55,991 bases of DNA from Patescibacteria group bacterium (GTDB lineage: Bacteria; Patescibacteriota; Microgenomatia; UBA8517): the NCBI GenBank assembly GCA_038062745.1, contig JBBTWO010000007.1, forward strand, positions 1-55,991, read 5' to 3'. Position 1 is the first letter of the stretch. Each line of letters starts with the position of its first letter. The position numbers and the translations under genes are program-made. The notes under the pieces are model-generated. The model was not told the DNA's origin and searched no databases. It saw only the letters and a program-made list of their open reading frames with translations. Shown here piece after piece: positions 35,295 to 42,022 of this stretch.

Positions 35295-35762
35295 GTGATT
35301 AAATTGAAGAAATTATTTAAATACATTCTTATTGGTTTTGTGGGATTGCTTGTATTGGGAGCTGTTTTTGGAGGGTCAAGCAAAGATAAAGGTACAGAAA
35401 ACAAAGCAACAACTAAACCAGAAGCACAAAAAGCACCAGAGGTTCAAAAAGTTGAAATACTAACCTTTGTTAAAGAATTTGATGAAAACCAACTCTCGGC
35501 AGAGGATAAATACAAAGGAAAATACGTGGAATTTAGTGGTTATATTAAAAACATAAGCGAAGACATCACGGGTTCACCCTATCTTTCAATAAATCCTAAA
35601 CCCGACCAGTATTATTTTGGTACTTATGTTCAATGTTTTTTCAAAGACAAGTCAGAATTAACAGCTTTGAAAAACGGCCAAAAAATTACTGTTCAAGGAA
35701 AAGTTGACAGTCAAACGTTGGGGAATATCCTTATTAAAGATTGCAAAGTCGTCACACAATAA
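35295..35762 (+). CDS. Membrane-anchored OB-fold (tRNA_anti-like family) protein
   Basis: 155 aa. It has an N-terminal TM (YILIGFVGLLVLGAVFG). The segment FDENQLSAEDKYKGKYVEFSGYIKNISED..PYLSINP...YVQCFF.DKSELTALKNGQKITVQGKV matches the tRNA_anti-like OB pattern common in prophage regions. Confidence 0.55.
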   Translation: MIKLKKLFKYILIGFVGLLVLGAVFGGSSKDKGTENKATTKPEAQKAPEVQKVEILTFVKEFDENQLSAEDKYKGKYVEFSGYIKNISEDITGSPYLSINPKPDQYYFGTYVQCFFKDKSELTALKNGQKITVQGKVDSQTLGNILIKDCKVVTQ

Positions 35763-35884
35763 TTGGTAATTGACGAGAACTATTTTTCGTTCTATCGTGG
35801 TGTGATATTCACATTTGTGAATAAGTAAATTGTAAAGCGTAGCTTTCCGCTAAGTACATCGAAAGTCAGATTTGTGTCTCTAGT

Positions 35885-35925
35885 AGACCTTTAAACCATA
35901 GCGATATGGCACGGAGGTCTTTTTT
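35885..35925 (+). terminator. Rho-independent terminator-like hairpin with T-tract
   Basis: The outer stem is AGACCT (35885-35890) pairing with AGGTCT (35915-35920). The inner stem is CCATA-gcga-TATGG. TTTTT (35921-35925) follows. Confidence 0.5.
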
Positions 35926-36096
35926 ATGGCTAAAAAACTAGAGCACAAAAACAAAGAACCAGAAAACGAGAGTTTAAATACTAATGGGGTTGTTGATTTA
36001 ATGCACCTTCTTGCAGGGGTGAAAATTAACAATGATGAGGCCGAACTAAATAAAGTGAGCATGAAAGACAATTTAGGAAGAAGAATTTTGTTTTAA
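35926..36096 (+). CDS. Small ORF (56 aa) immediately upstream of the recombinase; possible directionality/excision factor
   Basis: The ORF reads MAKKLEHKNKEPENESLNTNGVVDLMHLLAGVKINNDEAELNKVSMKDNLGRRILF. It falls below the ORF-track length cut-off and has no recognisable motif. The call rests on position only. Confidence 0.25.
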   Translation: MAKKLEHKNKEPENESLNTNGVVDLMHLLAGVKINNDEAELNKVSMKDNLGRRILF

Positions 36097-36137
36097 TCCG
36101 TAACTAAAATCTTCTGTTAAAATCGTAGTTACAGGAT

Positions 36138-37685
36138 ATGGAAGAGAACGAACCAGATATAACTAAATTCAAGTATGTACTCTATGCTAGAAAATCTACA
36201 ACGGACGAGAGAGGTCAAATTCGCTCCATTAAAGACCAGATTATAGATTGCCAGAAGCTATCTTTGAGATTAGGCATAACCGTTATTGGTCAACCCCTTA
36301 TAGAGAAAAAATCCGCCAAAATTCCCCATCGACGACCGATATTTAGAAAAATGATTAACGATATAAAAGCAGGTACATATGATGGAATTCTCGCATGGAA
36401 CCCAGATAGGCTAGCGAGAAATATGTTAGAAGGCGGGGAAATTATAGATTTAATTGACCAAGATATTATTAAAGATTTAAAGTTTGCCACCCACCACTTC
36501 ACAAAAGACGCGAACGGAAAAATGCTTTTAGGTATGGCATTTGTCCTGTCAAAGCAGTATTCAGACGATTTATCACAGAAAATCACAAGAGGAGTTAGGG
36601 GTAATTTTGCAGAAGGAAAAGTAGCAACTCCCAAGTATGGGTATGTAAATGAAGACGGTTTTTATAAGCCGGATGGTAAAAATCATGAACTAATGTGCGA
36701 GGCTTGGAAGATGAGAATACAAGGAACTTCGATTGAAAACATTGTTTTTTTCTTACAGAAAAACGACCTTTACAAAATAGTTAAGGCTACCGGCAAAAAG
36801 CTACGAATAACTATGCAAAAGTTAAGCGATATTTTTAAAGACCCGTTTTATTACGGGGTTCTAATAAGTAAAAAAACAGGAAACAAAATCGATTTAAGAG
36901 AAGTATATAATTTCAAGCCTGCCGTAAGTGAAGAAGGATACTTTGCTGTTCAAGAGCTTACATACCACAGAATAAAGCCTACAAAGCCCCACAAGATGTC
37001 TTTTTATCCTTTCCGACAAATGGTGTATTGCTCTTTTTGTAGTTCGTCAATGGTAGTTGCTCCTTCCACCGGACACACTAAAAGGTACTTATTTTTCCGA
37101 TGTGACAATGAAAATTGCTCACGAAAGAAAAAGTCTATAAGAGCCAAAATTGTCGTAAATTTCATATACGATTTTCTTCAAAACGGCCTTAATTTTAGTG
37201 AGGCAGAATATAAAGATTATTTAAGCAAAATAGTGATTATTAGTGATGAAAAAAGGCAAAAAACCAAGCACGACCTACATAATATAGAGGGAGTTCTTAA
37301 ACGTGTTTCTCGTGAGATTAGCGAAAGGAGCCTAAAAATGGTGGACTTTAGCGAAATCAAGAGGGTGCAAGAGGAAAACGCTAACCGAATTAAGAAACTT
37401 CAAATCGAAGAAGAGGAGTTGAAGACAAACATAAATAAGCTCAAAAACGAAATCAAGGAACCAGAAAAAGATAGATTAACAGTCGAACAATTCTTGAACT
37501 TATCAAAAAATGCCTTAAATATCGTTCAATCAGCGGATGTAGAGATAAAAGACCAAATTACCCGTTTAATTTTCTTGAACTTTTTTGTTGACGAGGAGAA
37601 AGTTACGAATTTTCGGCTCAAAGAGCCATTTGCTACCCTCATAAAACAGAGGGAGTTCCTATCGGGTGGAGATGGAGGGAGTTGA
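36138..37685 (+). CDS. Large serine recombinase (resolvase/invertase N-domain, recombinase domain, zinc ribbon, coiled coil)
   Basis: 515 aa. The N-terminus YVLYARKSTTDERGQIRSIKDQ contains the catalytic Ser context, followed by ..ILAWNPDRLARN... The zinc ribbon is CSFCSSSMVV..RYLFFRCDNENCSRK. A C-terminal coiled coil follows (KKLQIEEEELKTNINKLKNEIKE). Confidence 0.9.
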   Translation: MEENEPDITKFKYVLYARKSTTDERGQIRSIKDQIIDCQKLSLRLGITVIGQPLIEKKSAKIPHRRPIFRKMINDIKAGTYDGILAWNPDRLARNMLEGGEIIDLIDQDIIKDLKFATHHFTKDANGKMLLGMAFVLSKQYSDDLSQKITRGVRGNFAEGKVATPKYGYVNEDGFYKPDGKNHELMCEAWKMRIQGTSIENIVFFLQKNDLYKIVKATGKKLRITMQKLSDIFKDPFYYGVLISKKTGNKIDLREVYNFKPAVSEEGYFAVQELTYHRIKPTKPHKMSFYPFRQMVYCSFCSSSMVVAPSTGHTKRYLFFRCDNENCSRKKKSIRAKIVVNFIYDFLQNGLNFSEAEYKDYLSKIVIISDEKRQKTKHDLHNIEGVLKRVSREISERSLKMVDFSEIKRVQEENANRIKKLQIEEEELKTNINKLKNEIKEPEKDRLTVEQFLNLSKNALNIVQSADVEIKDQITRLIFLNFFVDEEKVTNFRLKEPFATLIKQREFLSGGDGGS

Positions 37686-38055
37686 ACCCTCGTCCGAAAA
37701 ACTATTTGCAAAACTTCTACAAGCTTGTTCAGTAAATAATATTTCCTTTAAAAATTAAGCCCACTGACAGGCATTTTAAAGTAAGACCTAGTTGTCTTAG
37801 ATTTAATTCTCTAGATCCAAAGAATTAAATAGCATCTCGAATTGGTTACACCCTTTTGATCCGGTCGAGAATCAGATCTCAGGATGCTAGTTGCTGTTTA
37901 GGCAAAATGAGCATAGGCCATTGCTGGCTTTTGCGCCATAACTAGGTTAGATATTTGCTTTTTTGCATTTATCTTTTTAACTCTTTTTTACGAGTATTAG
38001 TCAAACTCGGCTTGCAGTCTTGTCAAAGTGCCTTCCGTCGAAACCGGTCATCCCC
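37665..38055 (-). ncRNA. ssrA: tmRNA (SsrA), one-piece
   Basis: The minus strand begins GGGGATGACCGGTTTCGACGG (canonical tmRNA 5' end). It ends ..GGACGAGGGTTCAACTCCCTCCATCTCCACC (T-arm plus an acceptor complementary to the 5' end with one G-U pair). An internal tag-like frame ends ..AMAYAHFA-TAA. It lies 4 nt downstream of smpB. The ends are accurate to about 3 nt. Confidence 0.85.
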
Positions 38056-38059
38056 AGGT

Positions 38060-38524
38060 TTACTTGTCCTTGTATCCTCTTAGCTCTCGTAGAGTATTTC
38101 TTTCTATATCGTGAGCCTTGATATCAGCTTTCTTTTCAAACTTTCTTTTAGCCTTAGCTAAGGCTAATTCGAGCTTGTAAAGACGGCTTTTCCGACCATT
38201 TGGTCGTAAGCTGCGCTTAGTGTACAGGGAAACGGGTACCAAAGTCAACCTTCTGGCCTTCATTTTAGCCTCGATGGTGCGGATTTGATCTCGGTGGAGA
38301 AGCAGCTTTCTGCTTCTGGTTGGGTTGTACTCCTTTTTGCCTTCTATGGGGATGTGGGCATTCACCAACCAAACCTGGTTTCCAATTATTTTAGCAAAGG
38401 CTTGGGAGATATTTACTCTGCCCAGCCGAATAGCTTTGGCTTCACTTCCTTGCAGCTCAATACCTGCCTCTACTTTCTCCAGAAGCTCGTAATCAAATTT
38501 GGCCCGTTTATTGAACACTCGCAT
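38060..38524 (-). CDS. smpB: SsrA-binding protein SmpB
   Basis: 154 aa. Motifs are NKRAKFDYELLEKVEAGIELQGSEAKAIRLGRVNISQAFAKI and YNPTRSRKLLLHRDQI. Confidence 0.92.
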   Translation of the reverse strand: MRVFNKRAKFDYELLEKVEAGIELQGSEAKAIRLGRVNISQAFAKIIGNQVWLVNAHIPIEGKKEYNPTRSRKLLLHRDQIRTIEAKMKARRLTLVPVSLYTKRSLRPNGRKSRLYKLELALAKAKRKFEKKADIKAHDIERNTLRELRGYKDK

Positions 38525-38544
38525 TTGGTATATTGTAACTTAAA

Positions 38545-39249
38545 GTGGATGCTTTTAGTGAAATACTCAAGCTTTGCTTAAGCCTAATTTTTCCTACTAA
38601 GTGTGTGGAATGTGGTAAGCAAGGGGATTATCTCTGTAAAGAGTGCTTGTTGCACTCCAAAAAACAATGGCCATGTTGTCCCAACTGTCAGAAACTTTCT
38701 CCTTTGGGTCAAACCCATGACAACTGTAAAACAAAATTAGGACTTGATGGTTTAATTAGTGTCTACTGCTATGGGGGGGTAATCAAGAAAGCAATTTTTG
38801 CAGTTAAGTACCAATATGCCTACAAATTGTCGGATAATATTGCGGCTATTGTAGGCCAAGATTTAAACAATCTGGATCTTTTTTCTTCTCCAGTTTTAAT
38901 CCCAGTTCCACTATATAGAAAAAGAGAAAATTTGCGTGGTTTCAATCAAACAGAAGAAATAGGAAAAAGGCTTGCTTCAAGGCTAAATTGGGGGTTTGAA
39001 AAGGATATTGTAATGCGCATTAAGCACTCAAAACCCCAAGTTGGCCTGTCGCATCAGCAACGCTTGCGGAATATTAGCGGAGAATTTGCGGTAAATATGG
39101 AGTATTTAGCCTCAATACCAGAATTGAAGTCAAAAACAATAATTGTATTTGATGATGTCTGGACAACTGGAGCCACTATAAAAGAAGTTTGCAAAACACT
39201 AAAAGAAAATGGCTTCAAAAAAGTGTGGGGACTGACAATTGCAAGGTAA
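38545..39249 (+). CDS. comFC: ComF-family phosphoribosyltransferase-domain protein
   Basis: 234 aa. The N-terminus has 4-Cys zinc fingers (CVECGKQGDYLCKEC, CPNC). The PRTase motif is IIVFDDVWTTGATIKE. Confidence 0.8.
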   Translation: MDAFSEILKLCLSLIFPTKCVECGKQGDYLCKECLLHSKKQWPCCPNCQKLSPLGQTHDNCKTKLGLDGLISVYCYGGVIKKAIFAVKYQYAYKLSDNIAAIVGQDLNNLDLFSSPVLIPVPLYRKRENLRGFNQTEEIGKRLASRLNWGFEKDIVMRIKHSKPQVGLSHQQRLRNISGEFAVNMEYLASIPELKSKTIIVFDDVWTTGATIKEVCKTLKENGFKKVWGLTIAR

Positions 39250-39253
39250 TGGG

Positions 39254-39335
39254 CGGAGGATACAGGAGTCGAACCTGTTAGGGATTGCTCCCTTTAGTTT
39301 TCGAAACTAATGCCTTACCGTCCGGCACATCCTCC
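39254..39335 (-). tRNA. tRNA-Ser (anticodon CGA)
   Basis: Hand fold of the minus strand gives acceptor GGAGGAT/ATCCTCC and anticodon arm TTAGT-TTCGAAA-ACTAA. It has a long variable arm (AGGGAGCAATCCCTA), T-arm ACAGG-TTCGACT-CCTGT and discriminator G. Confidence 0.8.
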
Positions 39336-39341
39336 CTAAAC

Positions 39342-39416
39342 TGGTGCACCCGGATGGAATCGAACCATCAGCTCAACTTCCGCAAAGTCGAATTTTATCC
39401 ATTAAACTACGGGTGC
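39342..39416 (-). tRNA. tRNA-Arg (anticodon GCG)
   Basis: The minus strand gives acceptor GCACCCG/CGGGTGC and anticodon arm CGACT-TTGCGGA-AGTTG. The T-arm is GATGG-TTCGATT-CCATC, and A-CCA is encoded. Confidence 0.8.
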
Positions 39417-39433
39417 AGGTTTAGCCTATTATA

Positions 39434-40006
39434 TCAGCCCTGGGGAAGTTTTTTTGCAAACCAATTGGAAGACTTATCCAGGAAAGATGCTGGAGCTTCT
39501 TCAAGAACCAAATATTTCTTCAGTTCTTGTTCAAGTTGTGGTTTTTCTGCTGAATTAATCACTAGTTCCAGTCTTCCAGGAAGGGTGTAAGTTTCAATTA
39601 CCAGTAGCTCACTGTCAAATCTTTTGGTGAACCAGAACCTTCTCATTGCTTCCCAGGGTGTTAATTTTTCTGCAATTTTAATACCCAAAGTAGTCACTTT
39701 ATATTGAATGTTTTCAGGCTCTACAGTTGAGAGCACGTAGAAAAGAAACACTAAAGAAATGATAAGCATGACAGGAAGAAATCCATCTACCAAGAAGAGG
39801 ACAAGACCGGTTACGGCTGCAATTGAAATAATAGTTACATAAAACTCTCTATTTCTTCTTTTAAATGGTCTGGCAGGAGCAGTCCAGATGTGTAATTCTT
39901 TTTGAGGAGGATTGCCAAAACCTGTATTTAAACCTTGGTTTTGTTGTAAGGGTTGAGTATTTTGTGGTGTTTGGACAGACTCAGGATTCATAAATTCATT
40001 ATACAC
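39434..40006 (-). CDS. Hypothetical two-TM membrane protein
   Basis: 190 aa. It has a Gln/Pro-rich N-terminus, two TM helices (FYVTIISIAAVTGLVLFLV, LPVMLIISLVFLFYVL) and a soluble C-terminal domain. Confidence 0.55.
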   Translation of the reverse strand: MYNEFMNPESVQTPQNTQPLQQNQGLNTGFGNPPQKELHIWTAPARPFKRRNREFYVTIISIAAVTGLVLFLVDGFLPVMLIISLVFLFYVLSTVEPENIQYKVTTLGIKIAEKLTPWEAMRRFWFTKRFDSELLVIETYTLPGRLELVINSAEKPQLEQELKKYLVLEEAPASFLDKSSNWFAKKLPQG

Positions 40007-40108
40007 AATCTATGAGATATGTAGTAAATAAAAACAAACAAATGACTATAAAATTTGGTTATTATTGACAATAAATTTGGATATTGTTAGTATTAATTTG
40101 GAAAGAGT

Positions 40109-41122
40109 ATGAGGTTGGAAATGGAAACACATTTTAAATTCAGAAAAGGTCTACAAAGAGAATTTCTCCTAAGTATTGCTGTAAAAAGTTGTTTATCTGT
40201 TACTGAGTTGGCACAGATTGTTAATGTACATCCAAGAACATACAGAGATTGGAAAGCTGAGAAAAATTGCATATCTGGATCAGCTGCCAAAATACTATCA
40301 AAGAAGTTTGACTTAATGATAACGGAAAACGAAAAAGTATTAATTGAAAGATGGAGAAAAGCCAAGTCAGATGCTGGAAAGACTGGTGTTTATATATGTA
40401 TTGAGAAACATGGAAATCCAGGAACACTTGAAGGTAGAAGGAAAGGGGGAACTAATTCTCTAATAGTCATGAGAAAAAGTGGGATTATTCCGGGTGCAAA
40501 AACATTTACAACTCCTAACTATTCCGAAGAGTTAGCTGAAATTGTAGGAATTCTTTTAGGAGACGGTGGAATAACAAATAACCAAGCAATTATTAGTTTG
40601 AATGCTAAAAAGGATAAACAATATGTTAAGTATGTTTGTCGGCTTGTGGATACTGTCTTTAATACAAAAACCCGCATTCACCAAAGAAGAGACAACACTA
40701 CGTGCATATACATAACAGGGACAAATTTTGTTAAATATTTACTTAAAATCGGATTAAAAATTGGAAACAAAGTTAGACAGCAAGTTGAGGTTCCCTCTTG
40801 GGTTAAAAGCAACAGAGAATTTCAAATTGCTTGCTTGAAAGGTTTAATGGATACCGATGGTTGCGCTGTATGTGTAAGAAGAAAAAAACGTTCTTTTGGA
40901 CCAAACTACTTACTTTTAAGTTTTTGTAACTATTCCAGACCTTTACTCTCTTTTGTTTTTGATGTGATGCAGGACTTGGGACTAAGGCCAAGTCTCAAGC
41001 TAGAAAATGGATACGTTTGGGTTTATAATAAGGCTGGGTTTTATAAGTATTTTGACACGGTAGGTACAAATAACCCCCGTAATTTAAATTGGAGACGTCA
41101 GATAGCGGCCAATTCTACATGA
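40109..41122 (+). CDS. Free-standing double-motif LAGLIDADG homing-endonuclease-like protein with N-terminal HTH
   Basis: 337 aa. The two LAGLIDADG-type motifs are LAEIVGILLGDGGI and IACLKGLMDTDGCA. The N-terminal HTH is SVTELAQIVNVHPRTYRDWK. The last 32 nt of the ORF overlap tRNA-Ser(GGA). Confidence 0.75.
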   Translation: MRLEMETHFKFRKGLQREFLLSIAVKSCLSVTELAQIVNVHPRTYRDWKAEKNCISGSAAKILSKKFDLMITENEKVLIERWRKAKSDAGKTGVYICIEKHGNPGTLEGRRKGGTNSLIVMRKSGIIPGAKTFTTPNYSEELAEIVGILLGDGGITNNQAIISLNAKKDKQYVKYVCRLVDTVFNTKTRIHQRRDNTTCIYITGTNFVKYLLKIGLKIGNKVRQQVEVPSWVKSNREFQIACLKGLMDTDGCAVCVRRKKRSFGPNYLLLSFCNYSRPLLSFVFDVMQDLGLRPSLKLENGYVWVYNKAGFYKYFDTVGTNNPRNLNWRRQIAANST

Positions 41123-41173
41123 TTGGAAATCATGGACCGTAAGGTTACGTGGGTTCGAATCCCACCGTCTCCG
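41091..41173 (+). tRNA. tRNA-Ser (anticodon GGA)
   Basis: Acceptor GGAGACG/CGTCTCC and anticodon arm CATGA-TTGGAAA-TCATG. It has a long variable arm, T-arm GTGGG-TTCGAAT-CCCAC and discriminator G. Confidence 0.85.
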
Positions 41174-41183
41174 CAGGTTATAG

Positions 41184-41269
41184 GGTGAGGTGCGAGAGTG
41201 GCCAATTCGAGAGGATTGCTAATCCTTGCCCGCAAGGGCCCGTGGGTTCGAATCCCACCCTCACCGCCA
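41184..41269 (+). tRNA. tRNA-Ser (anticodon GCT)
   Basis: Acceptor GGTGAGG/CCTCACC and anticodon arm GAGGA-TTGCTAA-TCCTT. The variable arm is GCCCGCAAGGGCC, the T-arm is GTGGG-TTCGAAT-CCCAC, and G-CCA is encoded. Confidence 0.85.
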
Positions 41270-41297
41270 TTAACTGTCCTATATGTTTATACTATAA

Positions 41298-41384
41298 GGT
41301 GGGTTCGCATAGCTCGGTTCATTGCACGAGTTTTGAAAACTCGCGGGAGTAATCCCATCACAGGTTCAAATCCTGTACCCACCG
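41298..41384 (+). tRNA. tRNA-Ser (anticodon TGA)
   Basis: Acceptor GGTGGGT/ACCCACC and anticodon arm CGAGT-TTTGAAA-ACTCG. It has a long variable arm, T-arm ACAGG-TTCAAAT-CCTGT and discriminator G. Confidence 0.85.
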
Positions 41385-41413
41385 CATATGGTAAAATACC
41401 ATTGGACAAAATT

Positions 41414-41923
41414 ATGATTAATGTAATTTCAAATACTAAAGTAAAAGATATCTTGGTTGGTGGTTCTGTTGTGTATAAAAAAGACAATGGAAAAATAACC
41501 TGGTTTGTGATTAAAGAAGAGGGTGGGGAATGGGAATTACCAAAAACTCTTGTTAGACGTGGAGAGTCCTCAGTAAGGTCTGTTATTCGAGCTATGTCAG
41601 AACAGGCTGGTATGAAGGCCAAAGTCTTAGAAGAGGCTGGAAGAGGCACCAGAGCCGTTATGCACAACAATAAACCAACAGACCAGAAGTTAATTTATTA
41701 TTTACTTGTTGAACGCGGTGGTGGGGAAGTTTTAGGTTTTGATGAATCCCAATGGATGGACTACGCAAAAGCCATTAAAAAGCTTGAGAAAAAAGAACAA
41801 AAAATACTTCATCAAGCCAGGGAATTACAAAAAGAAGTAGAAAAGAAAGCTAAGAAGAATCCAATTATTGAAGAGCCAATAGATTTTGAGAAAGAATTGA
41901 TTGAAGAAGTAACTGCTGTTTAA
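41414..41923 (+). CDS. NUDIX-fold protein with degenerate Nudix box
   Basis: The start is taken at MINVISNTK (ATG 41414), because the upstream part of track ORF 41198..41923 is tRNA sequence. The motif GGEWELPKTLVRRGESSVRSVIRAMSEQAGM resembles GX5EX7REUXEEXGU with substitutions (RA for RE, EQ for EE). Confidence 0.5.
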   Translation: MINVISNTKVKDILVGGSVVYKKDNGKITWFVIKEEGGEWELPKTLVRRGESSVRSVIRAMSEQAGMKAKVLEEAGRGTRAVMHNNKPTDQKLIYYLLVERGGGEVLGFDESQWMDYAKAIKKLEKKEQKILHQARELQKEVEKKAKKNPIIEEPIDFEKELIEEVTAV

Positions 41924-42022
41924 CCCTTCTGTGGGTTCGAGTTATATTCCTACTGCACAATCCTCTTGTAAATATAAATTTGTTACTGGCCTTCGGTATT
42001 GCTGATATAATCCAATCAACGT

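Larger units (their letters stand above)
27306..37685. mobile_element. Candidate genomic island integrated at the 3' end of ssrA (left boundary uncertain)
   Basis: A large serine recombinase gene abuts and overlaps the tmRNA 3' end. The cargo consists of TA modules, nuclease-like, HTH/XRE and phage-like small genes in mixed orientation. The left end was not identified by repeat and could lie anywhere between ~27.3 and ~30.2 kb. Confidence 0.45.

Noticed and set aside
39285-39590. 101-aa plus-strand ORF
   Set aside because: It overlaps the two minus-strand tRNA genes (Ser-CGA, Arg-GCG) and the 3' end of the 190-aa gene. It is an artefact of the tRNA sequence being open.
41149-41413. ORF 41149..41352 and the first 72 codons of ORF 41198..41923
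   Set aside because: These frames are open only because they run through tRNA-Ser(GCT) and tRNA-Ser(TGA). The real CDS most likely starts at ATG 41414.
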